Assembly: GCA_000934665.2 (NCBI GenBank)
Contig: KZ538062.1
Span: forward strand, 1-64,000
DNA length: 64,000 nucleotides
From: Catajapyx aquilonaris
Taxonomy: Eukaryota
Direction of reading: 5' to 3'
Shown here: positions 1 to 13,653 of the stretch, piece after piece
How positions within the stretch are numbered: the stretch's first letter is position 1
Layout of the letters: each line of letters opens with the position of its first letter
The notes under the pieces: generated by a model
Seen by the model: only the letters and a program-made list of their open reading frames with translations
The model's database searches: none
What the model was told of the DNA's origin: nothing
Translations under genes and position numbers: made by a program

Positions 1-1009
1 TTGCTCTAATGAGTGTCACTACCTTCAGGTGGAAGGACATCATTATCAGCCCGCGCCATCTACCTTAGGCTCAGAACTTATTGGACGACCCTCGTACAAT
101 CGCGGGGTGTTCTTTGTTAATAGACATAACGTCAGCTCAAATGCTTTGCCCAAATGGCTTCAGCATTAGTGGCATTTACTGTGCATTTTGATGGAATATT
201 AAGAAGCCGGTTTTACGAAAGCTAATTAAGATAAATTTCCGATTAAGCATTCGCAATGCATAAACCGATGTAATCGGGAATTTCCTTCTTCATCTGCGTT
301 CCTTCAGTGACCCGTCATGTATTACGCTTTACGCACATGCTGACCATAGAACGCACTTCATCGCCTATACATGCATTCCTGCACGTGTCGAGGCTGGGAT
401 TCCCCCACCAAACCTGATTTTGACCAGTTTTAATTCCCCAGTCCACGAAGAAACCTAGCATGGCCCCTCAGATGCGCAGCGCAAAGAAAAACTGCGCTCT
501 TTGCGACTCTTTTATTGCCCTGCACACTGTATCTTCTGCCAATTTTTTGCACTGATGGGAAGAACAATAAAAACGAGTCATTCATATAGCCACATAAACC
601 TGTCCTCTGGGCGGGCAAAAAACCAATTGAAGGCAATTAAAGTGAGGCATTCAAGGCAAAATTAGAGCCATGCCCCGTGAAAATGAGTGTGACTACGAAC
701 CTTGAAGTCAATCCAGGCATCACCAACCGTATCCATAATTTTGTATTAATATTGTAACGATTGCAGTCTGTTGGTTGTTCTAGTGTCTAGTCTATATATG
801 CATTTGTATTTAAAATTCATAAGGAAATAGAATTACGTCTGGTCACCTAGATGCAGTTATGTAATGTTCCGGTTTTTTTGAAATTTATTGCTTTATGGAT
901 GTCGTTATACTAATTCTTGTCCCTGGGAACGAAACACAGTTTCTTTCTCTAAAGTTATTATAGTCTAGGTAACTCTCCGTCACTATATGACGCCATCACA
1001 TGTCCCTAC

Positions 1010-1010
<1 letters not shown>

Positions 1011-1086
<76 letters not shown>
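1011..1086. repeat. (TTA)n microsatellite
   Basis: Uninterrupted TTA run, about 25 units. Confidence 0.97.
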
Positions 1087-3170
1087 GGGGATGATAATGA
1101 TGAAAAAGTTGGTCCATCATGCAAGCTTTGTCATCGCATTAATTTATACACATTGATGATATAAAATAATACTGTCACAAAGTGAGCAAAATGCTGAAGA
1201 TCAAAAATTTATACAAGACTTTCCTAGCTGCTTCTGAACACATATTTTAGTAATCAACTTTATTGACTTGAGTTTGCTATCACCTGAGCCTATTTACTTA
1301 AAGATAATATCAAATTAATATATTTAATTAGGAAACATCAATTAAGAAGCTTGCTACTTATCCACAGTACCGTACGCCTGTAGTCTGTACTGTTTATCAT
1401 ATAGCAAATAGAGCCTCCCCATCCGAGGTAAAAATGCATTCTTGTATCATCGGAGATACATAATAATTATAGTGTACAACCTTAATCTCACATTGAATCT
1501 AATACGACCAATAACAATGATGTAAATGAAATATTATTATCAAAGAAAGATGCAGCACTGCATTCATAATAAGATTTTAAAAAGCTTTTTTCCCCCTGGA
1601 CGTCACAAGGAGAGCATATTAATGAGCCTTGCCTTCGAAAAGAATATAATTATAAAACCGGTGGTAAGCTGACTAATGCACCTTATGTAATGAATCGATG
1701 TGTAATCAGGCGTACCTGTGAAAAAATAATATGACACTGACACGCTGTGGATTTTCCATGAACTTGGCGAGCACATTAACATTCAAGCCATGCTTTCTGC
1801 AATGACGAGTCTTACATTTGTTGGTAGTGGTCAGTGATGCAAGCATACATCTTCCGGAAACTCTAATGAGAGGATATGTCCGGAACATATATTACATGCA
1901 TGTGGACAAATTTTTCTCACAAAAATGTGTGCCGACAATGCATTTTTGAATAGTGTAGTGCACTACTCCTCTACAGTATAACACACAGCCCATTCATGAA
2001 GAAAGTATGATTCGCGAATTTTCACACCTTATTTATAATTAGTAAAAGTCAATATGTATACTAGAAAGAGAAAAAATATTCTCACCGTCAATCCGATGTA
2101 ACGTAACCTGGTCATGATGACGATGTGGTCTCCTCGAACTTCGTAGGTCGTGTGGCTCGTCCAACAGGTTCGAAGAGTCCCCTAGGTGTAGTAACCTTGA
2201 GGGTACTGGATACGTCAGTACTTATCTGCCCCTACAATAGAGGCAGCAGCATCTTCCCAAAAGAAAAAAATCCCGGCTCTTCCACAATTACTCACTCCCT
2301 TTTGTTCAAGATCGGGAAAAACTACCAGGTCACCTTAGGGTGTCATGATGGATTAAAAAAAACCCGGTTGACATAAAAAATGATATTACTTGACGCGTTA
2401 AGCGATAATTTCCTGTTGATGAAAACTAAAGCACAGCATGATACCAATTTTAGCAAATTATAGGCTTTGTAGTGAGCTATTATTAGTGAAATTGCGTGCA
2501 CGCACTTATGCTGGTTATATTAACGTAAATTAGAAAACAAATCGCTGCTTATATGTGTTGTGAATAACCTACCTATACATAAGCGGAAATATTTTAAAAA
2601 TAATCCGACCTTACATAAATTCTTTGCAAAAATGCGACTAATTAAAATTTTTTAAAAGGTTTGATTGCAATGTTGGGTGATTTCATGAATTTATTCAGAA
2701 CAATTGCAGTCACAGTGAGTGCAGGGTTGATGAGTACTCTAAAAATTAATCAACATGAACATCTTGCATTATCCATTGCTTAGAAAAATTCGATCGCATG
2801 GCAGGAAAAGCAGGTTTTTTCTACGAGTATTTCATAAAATCTGAAGGGAGTGAATGAACTCGGAGATACTTATAAGAGGGCACCTTGAGAAAGACTCATG
2901 TGAAATAACTAGTAAGGTAGGCTCCAATCATGTGTTCTGACCTCGGGCAAGACCCTTTTTTTCTTCGCAGTTTCTTAGCTAAAACTATTATTTTCTAGGA
3001 AGCGAATCTCACCATTTTCATTGTTCTTGGGGGTATTTGCGGGAGTTTAAAAATGACACAGTGAATTTTTTTTACGACTCAGCACTTATTCTGAGAAGGT
3101 GAGGGAGTTTTTCCAAATATTGTGTCTGACTTGTGAGAAAACCAAATTATACAGGAATCTTCTGAGGTTC

Positions 3171-3265
3171 AAGTGGAGACCGATGTAATAATGGGATGCT
3201 AATTAATTAACATCTTTTTGTTACATCAGTCTCCACTTTCTGATGTAACAATTAAGATGTTAATT
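3171..3265. repeat. Imperfect palindrome (~68 bp) plus a partial third arm, MITE-like
   Basis: aagtggagaccgatgtaa (3171) is the near reverse complement of ttacatcagtctccactt (ends 3238); tgatgtaacaattaagatgttaatt repeats the arm at 3241-3265. Confidence 0.6.
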
Positions 3266-3564
3266 GATGTTGAATACGTAATTGACTGAATTTTTTGTTG
3301 TACACGTAATTGTTCAATAGACGTTCGGAGACTGCAGGAACAATTCTGCAACCCGATTAATTTGCAAAAGAGTGATGTAATAAGTTTGTATGTAAAAGTT
3401 ATATTTTCACAGCATTTTAAACAATCGTAACAGTAGCATCATAAATATCTGGTTACATAAACCTTGTCTTCTCTTGAACAATAAGTTTTAAAGGCCATTT
3501 GAACTTATTTTGAGCATTGATTGAATGTACTGTATTGAAAAGAAACCATATCACGCTTTCTTTA

Positions 3565-4799
3565 CTACTTTATGTTCGATTTATTTTCTTCCGGAGATGA
3601 TCCAATGTAGACGGACATTTTATCGAACCTGGAAAAGAGTACGAAAAGGAATAGATGCATGTGAACAACGTTTAGATTTAATATTTAAAATGATTAAATA
3701 GGGGGGGGGGGGGGAAATCTCTCATTGTGTGTTTGTATATCGCAAATACAAAATCAGAGATCCAATCGTATTAATATTTGAGTTCATGCAATAAGGCGTA
3801 TTATTGACTTACCCAATGAACATTGATGCAATGCTCATCGTGGTGAGAATTAAAGAATATATACCGATTGTTACTACTACCATGATGTACGTGCTGGACC
3901 ACGCTGCAAAATAAAATAAAATAAAAGACAAATTTATTGTGGCAGTAGCTACTGGTATGCACATGCACTAACCCTATAAAAATATTTAGACTTTAGAAGC
4001 ATCTCATATCTTAAAAGCAGACGCATCAGCTAATTTATGGGCATTAATAAAAACGTTTTTTCTCTTTTTTTTGGCACTCTTGTCACTAACATTTATTTGC
4101 GATAGATACATAATTTATTGTGTTTTACTTTTTGAGAAAAGGCTCCCAATAATTTACTGGCATTAAATGTGCCATATTCAGAATGAGGTAATATACATAG
4201 TTGTGGGAAGGATTTATTCAACATTATTATGACACCAAATTCTATACTCCACATGCTTTTTAAAATGCGGGGAAGTATCTTATACGTTGTTGACTGCTAT
4301 CAATTATTGTTCAGTCTTATCCACTTGCGTCATTGGGTCGATTTTATTTGGTATTAAGGAAAAACCTGATCTTATATGCATTCTCGTCCTACCACTTTTT
4401 ATTCTGATAATTCTCTGCACAAAATTGTGTAGATTCTGTACGAACGCTATGAATACAAAGCAAGTTTTGCAAACTTGTTTTGTTGTACAGTATGCCATAA
4501 CAACAACTGGAGTTTCAAAGCTTCCTTGTGACTAGGTGCCCATATGATATGTAACAAACATTCATTACATAATATAAGTGTTAATGTTCAATAGCTTTAA
4601 TACAATCAATGCCCATTTTGTTATGTTAGTTTGTTACCTCCATGCACTTACCATCAAGAAGCATTTCTTTCTCCGAGGAAGGGACCCTAGGAAGCTTCTC
4701 TTGGATGGCCTCCTTGAATCTAAAGGCGACCTCATTGTCCAAGTCCGTGACTTTACTTAACAGATAAGCAGCGAAGGCAACCTGAAGAGCCACTAAAAC
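3565..4799 (-). CDS. Array gene Z (5' exon unresolved): 2-TM membrane protein, paralog of gene A
   Basis: Exons 4799-4652 (148 nt, VLVALQVAFAAYLLSKVTDLD...EKEMLLD), 3903-3813 (91 nt, WSSTYIMVVVTIGIYSLILTTMSIASMFIG), 3628-3565 (FDKMSVYIGSSPEENKSNIK*). All AG/GT bounded. The 148- and 91-nt exon sizes and phases match gene A. Confidence 0.7.
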
Positions 4800-7208
4800 C
4801 TGTTAAAAATCAGATCATTGAGGGTATAGCTTTCTAAGGAATGGTGGTGATGTTTTAGGGTTGAGCTACATGCCAAATATTAGCAGGAAAGTTCTGCGAA
4901 CAGTGAAAATTTATCATTTTGATTCAGTGCACAATATGCATGTGAATATGAAAAAAATGTATAACTGTGCTCTTGTAGGGGCCTTGGCATGAAATGAACA
5001 GTTTTTGGCTAACTGTAACTATAACCTTGTACAACTTCATCCCAGTGTGAATGACGATAATTATATTGTATAACTAATGTGTATTTTAGGCCTCATTTGA
5101 TTAGGCTAATATAGAATCATGCGAAAAAAGTGTGAGAGTGCATGTCTGCCTTAGGCCATGTGCGTGTGGATCTAATTATTGCAGTCAAGGTTACATTCAA
5201 TTGTACTTTTGTGAATGAAACTTATGTCAGTTGAGTCTCAGACATTTTCGTGGCACATTATTTGCAATCTTGCGACTAAAAAATTAGACGCCATCTTCTA
5301 CTATATTTCCACAACAATTACATTATTTTTAGAATAGTATGTGTCCAATTTTTGTAAATATTTTTGTAGGTAGATTTTGTGTGTTCCACTGACTTGTACT
5401 TATAATGAAAAGTGTCACCTCTTTCTGAAATCTCAATTTAGGTAAATATAAGTAATAATTTGGCCTACATCACAATGCTGCTGGTGCAATGCCTTGGAAA
5501 TTCCGTTGGCAAATAAAATATATATATTTTAAAAAAAAGAGTCGGTGTGATGAAAAGCGTCATAAATGCACTGTACATGTGAAGATAGTCCTCGAAGCGT
5601 TGCAAACTGCAGAGAGCATTGCTCAATATGTTTCTTATTATACTCATGAATATTTTAGGGGTTTTTCCCCATTTCCGGATGGCATTGGGCGTTGATCCTT
5701 CTAGGAAAACGGCGAAGGACGATTGAGAATGTCAACCTGAATGGCGCCCTACAAGGTGAACTCGCAACCTTGCAAGGTTAATATTGCTGTGTACTAATTT
5801 GGACACTGTTTCCGGATTTTTAGTATCATGTTGTACTTGTTAAATGTCTATAATATTTCCTCCCTCTTACAACCCTGGTCATTTGCGTCTTGCACATTCA
5901 GAATGAGTGGCTTTACAGTTTCAAATGATTGGAAAGATGCAAATGACACTTACCATTACTTTGGGATCGTAAACCTTCATTTCAGTGGAGCGGAATCACC
6001 TGCCGCACTACCATATATCACCTATCCACTCACCACAATGCTCATGAAAATGTTTCTCAACTGAACATATTTATTCTGGCTTTCTCCTGCGCAGTTCTTC
6101 TGGAGGTTCTCAGGCAATTTGATACAGGTTAAACGAATCGGCGAGAGCTTTCGAGATAACAACAGGTTTCAAAATTACTGTGCAGTTTAAGTCATGCTAT
6201 TTTTGCATGCAAGGAACACATTGTTTGTTGCTCTAACCTAGTAAATAGACATGTGTGAGGTTTTGCATTATTATGGACAATGTGTATAGGTTGCTCAGAG
6301 AAAACCGTTAGGAACTGATCCACTTATGACAAGGTGTAAAAAAAATCACCATGGAAACTAATTGTCACACACGTCACGTAGAGCTGCTTATTTTCACACA
6401 TCTATTTTTTGTCACCTTTTATGAGCCAACCTAATTAGACTGTACAATGCTGTGTCATGGAGGAAGCAAGAGTGTCATGTTACGGGAATATCCAAAGTGT
6501 TGGAAAAATCTTACCGAAGCCTTGATCCAAGTAGCCTTGGTGGCATGGAATCCCATACTCGTTGCACAACCACTGGGGACCAGGGGGAAAAAAATAAACC
6601 TTCCAACCCAAGAAGAGTTCCAGGAAATCACTGGCTGTCCAAAAATCTGCGTAGCGTTAATAAGGGGTACACGGTCTGGGGACTTTGAACTTTCCAAACC
6701 TGCTGGTTATCCTGTAGAACGCGACTGGGGCCCCTTTCAGTGTTGCATTTTCCAAGAAGGACGACCGGTTTCCAGTGTTGCCTGTAAATGTGTGTTAAGG
6801 TCAGAATATATAATTACTGGGCATCGTCCCCCTCCGGCAATATTATAAACAACTAAGTATATGGATGTTGCGTGCATGTACATTGCCCACGCATTTCATC
6901 ACACGCTAGGTATTGTATACTGTACGATATGTGGACAATAGCATGTTATTGCACAATTGTTGCGAATATTGATCTGGAGGTTGATTGTAAAATTATTCTG
7001 TAGCCTGCTGTATAATACAATCCATTTGCGCAACTAGTGAGAATTTAGAGGTGACAATTGGGCGTGCAAACTGGTTGGAAGGGGTTGGGGGTTGGCTGGA
7101 GGTGCACATCAGGAAGAGTTGAAATGAAAAACTGCAACGCCATCTACGGTACAATATGTAGTGAGAAGTCAGGTAAGAAGGAGACGAAGTGCTCGAAGAA
7201 TTAACTAG

Positions 7209-7210
<2 letters not shown>

Positions 7211-7249
<39 letters not shown>
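7211..7249. repeat. (AG)n microsatellite
   Basis: Direct AG run. Confidence 0.97.
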
Positions 7250-7252
<3 letters not shown>

Positions 7253-7887
7253 ATGACTGGTTCACTCCAAGATCAGTTTAAACTATTAAAGAAAAGAAAG
7301 AATCATGACGACATTCACTTGCCATGATTTTTCAGCACTTTTAAAACTGATTGCTGGAGTCAACGATCCGTATAACTTCTTTCCCTATAGTCTACACCTT
7401 CTGAAGGAAGGAGCTAGTTTTAAAAGCTTGCTATGAATTATTAAATTATTGCAAGCTCTTCTAAAGTTAGCATCTAAATTTTTTTAAAAAGTGGCTGTGT
7501 CAACAGACTATTAAAGTGGGTGCGCATAATGAGTATGCTTAATCTGATATTTCCATCAATTTAAGCTGATACACTCTCGATAGTGACACAATTGGAGGAG
7601 GAATAAGCAGTAGCAGTAATTATTTCCCAATTAATTTGTCAAACAATAATGAACAGCACTTTCTAAAGGACTCTCATTCCGGAAAAGGTATTCCGACTTT
7701 CATATTCAACCTATTCTTATCGTTGAATATCTATTTATAAATCCCTACATGTAAGTGACATATGAGTTCATTATCCCAATACCGATAAATGAGTCACATT
7801 AATATTTTGAGATCTTAAAAATGTAAGTAAATTTTATTGTCCATACATGCTCCATTAGTCAATTAATGTCTTCTTACGAAGCCTTGA

Positions 7888-8714
7888 TTAACATGAGGGT
7901 CGGCAGGACTTGTCCTTGAGGAGGTATTCTTCAAGAGCAGGGCCTACCTTTGGTATTCTGAAACAAAACAGGGATAATAAATTGCATAATCTTCATCAAA
8001 CTAATGTGTACTTACCCTCGGGCGATTGTAACTCCATAAGCTCCAGTAAAAAGGAGGCTGTAGATGGCCAACACTCCTAAAGAGGCCATGTATGTACTGT
8101 ACGCCCCTATAAATATAAAATAACCGGTTAAAAGTGCTCATCAATATCTGGATCTAAGTAGCTTAAACTGGAACTTATAAGATGCTAATGAACTTTTCTA
8201 AAATTACTAAACACCAATCAACTTTTAACATTCTGTATTGAAATGAAAGCCTTAAAACGTATCTAGCTGAAGGCCTTCTTACAAGTACATTGTAAGCAAT
8301 AATATGCAGGAGACTTGTCTTATGTAACCCCCACGGTTGTCGAGATGTCCTTCGACAGTAACAAAGGAACTGAAGGTCACTAATGAAATGAGCTTCCATG
8401 CCCGATTTTCTCCATTGATTATCTATACAAAACTGAGCTTACCATTCATGATAACTTCCTCCTCATGGGGTCGAATCCCAGGCTGCTTAGCCCTTATGGA
8501 CAGCCTCATCTTATGGGATGCGCTGAATTCCCAGTCGGACACCAGTGTCCAGATGAAATACAGGCAGGCCACCTCACCAACCAGCAGAGCCTGTCACATC
8601 CATCTCACATTATGTAATCATCCCATGATGGACACCACAATGCGACAAACTCACCCCAAAAATGGCGATTCGGATGCTGTGCTTCATCTCGGCCATTCCT
8701 ATCTTGGTGACCAT
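7888..8714 (-). CDS. Array gene A: ~122 aa 2-TM membrane protein (derived, truncated member)
   Basis: Exons 8714-8655, 8590-8443, 8106-8016, 7957-7888; GT-AG introns, phases 0,1,2. Protein MVTKIGMAEMKHSIRIAIFG|ALLVGEVACLYFIW...|AYSTYMASLGVLAIYSLLFTGAYGVTIAR|GIPKVGPALEEYLLKDKSCRPSC*. Confidence 0.72.
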
Positions 8715-9047
8715 CGCGACCACATTGAGTTCCTTACCGAACGAATAGCGTCACTGGAAACTTTCCCTCGAACGTAAGGAGGCTGTGTATGTATATAAAA
8801 AAAAGGGTGTAGAAAATAAAAACAGGCGACCCTTCTTCTTTGACAGTCTTTCAGTCACAAGTGATGGTGCGCTCAACGTCACTGATGGTGTTTGCATCTT
8901 CATGGTGGTATGAACCTCATTGCGTGTATATGCCATTTTAAAGTAAAAATTCGCAAAAAATGGCAATGACAAGGTGGTGTAAACATCAAAACATGGCATA
9001 AGTGACAGCAGCACATACATTCAGCACATGCATTCAGTTTTTGACAA

Positions 9048-9088
9048 TGGGATATTGTCAAAGTTGTCACAACTTTGACAATATCCCA
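9048..9088. repeat. Perfect hairpin, 19-bp arms and 3-nt loop
   Basis: tgggatattgtcaaagttg-tca-caactttgacaatatccca. Confidence 0.85.
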
Positions 9089-11027
9089 GCATAAAATCTA
9101 CAACAATGTAGATTTTATGCTGGTGCTTTTTTTGCAAAGAAATTTATTATTTAGATCGGTTTGCTTGCCTTGAAAAATAATTGCTGCGAATGGCGGGTAA
9201 AACCGTGTTTTTTTTGCTGACAGTTTTTGCGACTTTAAGGCGTAGTTACCAAGTGTGGGTGTGACGTCGAAACGTGCCAATTTGCTGTGCTGGGAGGTGT
9301 AAATGGTGTATAGTAGGTGTAATTATGAGGTAAAAGTAGATCACATATTCCTTGGCTAGTGTTGTCATAAAGTTGCATTAGTAAGGTGTATAAATATGTT
9401 TTAATAAAATATGGAGGTGAAAGGGAATAATAATGCTATAAAGAATACAAAACGTATTTATTGTCTCCCAAGTTTTAATGAAACATGTATTTTTTTTTGA
9501 AAGTTCAATTTAGCGTTCAGAACAGTTGTGAGTATATTCAATTTTTTATGAAAGATTTTTCTTAATCGCACTCGTGGCAGTGGCAAGAGGAATAAATGCC
9601 TTATATTTCTGAATCCGCCGTCGCGGAGAAAAAGTCTCTTAGAAAATACACAGCAAGCCACAAACTACATTCTCAACAAATGTGAATTATTATTCATATT
9701 TTCTTTTTCAACAATTATATCCAAGTCCTGATGACAAAATAAATGCGAGTCTGCATCAATGGTCACCTTAATTATTTTTATCCGTGTATTTCGCATATTA
9801 TCAATCTGAAGTAAAATACTCGTGTGTAAATTAGTGATCCATTGGATAACATGATCGAAATTTTTTAGGCAGCATTTTGGTCCATTTTCAAATGCCAAGT
9901 AGTTATTGGCAAAATGTAACACGTGATATAATTTTTCTCTCTTTGCGTTCTCATTCAGCATATCGGATAAATTTTTTTCAAACATTTACGTTACACCACC
10001 GAAATTGTTACAAACCTATGGAACTATCGAAATGCACAAAAAAAGCACAACGGTACTTCATATAGCAGTTACATCGAAGGAGATTCGTTGACCTTCACCC
10101 CATCGGCAAAAAATGCCAAAAATTTCGCAAGAAGACAGGTACAAGGCGAGGCTAATAGGAAACGTCGGTTTTCAAACCCCTGCATGCAGATTATTCTGCA
10201 AATGCGAGAACAGATAGGCATTAATATAATTATAGGCACGTCACCATTCCTTTTTACGAAATCGTCAGCGAAAGACAGTTTTCACCTCATTTTCACGAAT
10301 TTTAAATCCCTGTCGATTATCACACTGTGCCCCACTCTTTCATGTCGTCCCAATATGTGGGACTATTATGAGGTTTTAAAATCTCCGCGTGGAATACAAA
10401 AAAATGTAATGGATGAATAAGTGAAAAATGAGGTCAAAGAGTACACAGTTTTGAAATATTCGCGGGGGTAAGGAACAATAGGCCTGTGAACAAATTACTA
10501 ATAGTAACTGGGTGCACAGTAACTAACGGTGTTGGTTCAAACTGACGCCTTTTCATGCATCAAAGTTTGGTACCAGAATCTTCTCACTCATTTAAGAACC
10601 TCTGTAACCCGATACTGTACTGTTAAATACAGTAACATTACTATGTGAAATATGTGACGTTTAGTTAGAAAACAGCGTTTAGCGACTGCTTTCTGTGATG
10701 TTGTAGTCGACATTTTATAGACTACGTTTATATCACAAAACACGGAAGAAGGAACTGGAGTACATACATTACCAAAAAAACCTACGTAATTATTGAAATG
10801 GCTACAATGTAAGAAAATTACAGTTACAAAAAAACTGCCAGTCCCCTATCAACACCTATATCAAACAACTATCGGCAAGGTGTAGACAACTATTGACGGA
10901 ACCTTGGAAGTGCTTGTCTCAATAACAATACAGCCTATTATAGTTTGTCTAAATAATTACGAAGCAAATTATGTCAAAGGCTGCTGCATTGTAATACAAA
11001 CCCAGGCCTTGACCAGTGACAAGCCCT

Positions 11028-12510
11028 TCAGGCGACAATGGTTGTGATGTAAACGCGTCTGTCGTAGTGGAACATGTTTCGCATGTGGTTGTAGACTATG
11101 GCCGTGGCCAGAGCCCATAGAGCGTAGACCACCACGTAGACTAGGAATAAGTACTGGTTTCCAACCCCCTTGACAGCCCTGAATATGACTCCTAAGCAGC
11201 CCAGTTGGACTATCACCACGGAGAACACGATCCATGGCCAGAGTAACGCTCGACGTTCCTGGAAAATACAGATTTCATGAATATTTTGGTGGGGAGAGGA
11301 AAGTTTTTTTCTCGCTTTTTTGGAGAGGGAGGGAGGGAGGAAAGGGCATGAGAGGAATGCAATATCCGATTCGAATCTAAAACAGATGCGCTTACAGTGC
11401 ATGAGGAGAGTAGATCATTGCTATTTAATAAGCAGGGCTTTTAAAGCAGCAGCCTGCTTTAAATTTTTTGGTGAATTTTCTTAAAAATGGTGCAAATTGT
11501 ACAGGAAAGAGAATCAAACCTTATGTAATCCGTAGAAAAGTAGGAAGCTGACCACAAAGTACATCAGGTCGACAAAAATTCCAACGATGTAAATTGTACG
11601 TAGGACTGCAAAAAAAACACACACACACAATAATATTACACCAGTCGATATAAAAGTTAGTGTTAAAACCGCATTTTCCAGTATATTACTGGCATTCCGA
11701 TTCTCCACTTCCTCTCCCAGATGCCACTTGTTGTTCCGCACATCCTGCAGGATGATCTTCTGCCGCTGGTCAGAAGTCGCCAGCTGAGCAGAAGTGGCCG
11801 TCAAATCGGCCACAACTACCACCTGCCAACAACAATACGCTAACAATAGTACATGCAGAAGTTTCAGCTAGCAATTTTTTAATCCGTCATCATGCTTTTT
11901 ATAGCAATTATTTTGGAATATTATTATTAGCATGGAATATTATAGCTGCTAATATGAATTTGGATTTGAAATTGCAATGCTTTAAAAAAAATGATGCATC
12001 GACTTTTGCTTCCTGAGTTTCTGGGGGTAGACATATTGTTGCCTCCCTGGGTCATTGGTTGTAATCCCCTCCCACCACACAATATTATTTTAGCATCTCT
12101 TTAGGTTTTTCCACCTTTGGTGGCGCCCAACTGTCCCGCTCGATAAAAAAAATGGCCCCTTACACGAAAAACGAATGTGTCGAGTTTGCGACCTCATTCT
12201 TTTATTATGCTCGTCAAACTTTCACTAATGGACATCAAGAAACTACTCGGTCATCAAAAAAGAACATGATTGTTACCTACAATTGAAGTTAAAAATTAAC
12301 TCAAAAAACCAGGTCAATACTCATGGCTTTTTGATCCAGGTCAAAAACCAGATCGCGCTTTGTAAGCCTCAGGCCCACTGCAGCAGATAGGAATAATTTA
12401 CAAACGCAACACGTCACACACACACACACACACCCTACAGTCTATCGTACCAGGGAATAGACTCCAGCGATGGTGGCCCATCTCTTGGTGTCGTAGTCAT
12501 GATAGCACAT
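11028..12510 (-). CDS. Array gene B: ~169 aa four-TM LAPTM4/DUF4728-like protein
   Basis: Exons 12510-12451 (MCYHDYDTKRWATIAGVYSL), 11822-11690, 11605-11520 (..VSFLLFYGLHK), 11258-11028 (ERRALLWPWIVFS...IVYNH); phases 0,1,0. Confidence 0.82.
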
Positions 12511-12796
12511 CGCGACTCCTCGCTATCAGGCCGCCCTACATTGTTGACCAGACGCCATTGTCACTCTTCAGCAGACGTGTCTGGTCGTCTCGTGTCCCGC
12601 CTAAGATTGGCCCTACTGGCCAAAAGCGGGGGAGGGAATAAACAAAATCCTATCGATTCACTCTCCAAGCGGCGCAGGCGTCGTCACGTGTCCACATCAC
12701 ATAGTAACAAACAAAATAATAAATAAATAAAATATGTAAAGAACCAAAAAAAACGGGCGTTATTTATTAACTGAAATAACGCAACACAAATAACAT

Positions 12797-13653
12797 TCAT
12801 TGAAGGTTGATGACCACCACCTTCTTCCTGATGACCCTCCAGTAGCCGAAGATGCAGGCGGTCAGTAGGAAACTTCCGAGGTCGAAGATTCCAGTGTTGA
12901 TGGCTAGGTCTCTAGCCCTGTAGCTGGCCACGTTGTCATTGTCGCATTTTATCTCGCAGGCTTGCCGGAATGTTTCCAAGTCGCCGTACATGCGCTTGCA
13001 CATGCTCTCGCACTCCAGCAGTAGGAACATGATCCCGTGGAAAGCAGCAGATAACGTGATGTTCAGGCATTCCAAGATCACAAAGTACGGCAGGTAGTCT
13101 CCCTCATCTCTCTGCAAAAAGTGATACCACGAAATAACTTTTAGGTTGGTACTACTGGACATATCAACCACAAAGTGTCCGCGCTTAGGATATGGTATGT
13201 GACGATTACTCACGGTGATGATCTTGTACATGATGAGAAGACAGTAAGTGGTTACTGCTATGGCATTCAAAGACAGACACCAGTTGACCAGGTACATTTC
13301 TGTGTCAAAATTATTGATCAGGGATCCCCATTTTTTTAAATGTAAAATGGAACAACTGTTTTGATAGAAGCTCACCGTGAGTCAGGAACTTGTCGTACCG
13401 GATTCCTTCAGTGTATTGTATTGTATTGTTTTTGATCTCGAGATGGTCGACGAGACTCTTTTTGATGTTCGGGATGTCCATTAGTTGAAGGTAAGCCAAG
13501 GCGCACTGACCCCAAAGCGCCGCCTTTGACCAAATCAAGCAGGAGTTAAGTATACATTAATCATAAATTAATCATAATTGGGAGCAATTAAGAGTCGGTA
13601 CTCACGATGATGCACATGAACAACAGGAAGATGAGCCATCGCACAGCACCCAT
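12797..13653 (-). CDS. Array gene C: ~192 aa four-TM protein with Cys-rich TM3-TM4 loop
   Basis: Exons 13653-13606, 13505-13376 (weak acceptor), 13299-13214, 13111-12797 (RDEGDYLPYFVIL...CESMC...CEIKC...); phases 0,1,0. Confidence 0.75.

Noticed and set aside
28..770. Possible exons near the left edge (plus 29-169; minus ~325-415 and ~700-770)
   Set aside because: Splice-like sites exist, but no consistent multi-exon frame or recognisable motif was found.
1706..2116. Possible 17th array member (MTRLRYIGLT|gtgag at ~2086-2116 plus ORF 1706-1888)
   Set aside because: No hydrophobic phase-compatible exon 2 or 3 could be found.
5954..6100. Candidate first exons for gene Z (MKVYDPKVM|gtaagt at 5980-5954; ...NIFMSIV|gtgag ending 6034)
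   Set aside because: Both are phase 0, but neither can be chosen without transcript data, so they were left out of the model.
6447..6848. 133-aa plus-strand ORF
   Set aside because: No motif, no splice support, overlapping ORFs in other frames; likely chance or repeat-derived.
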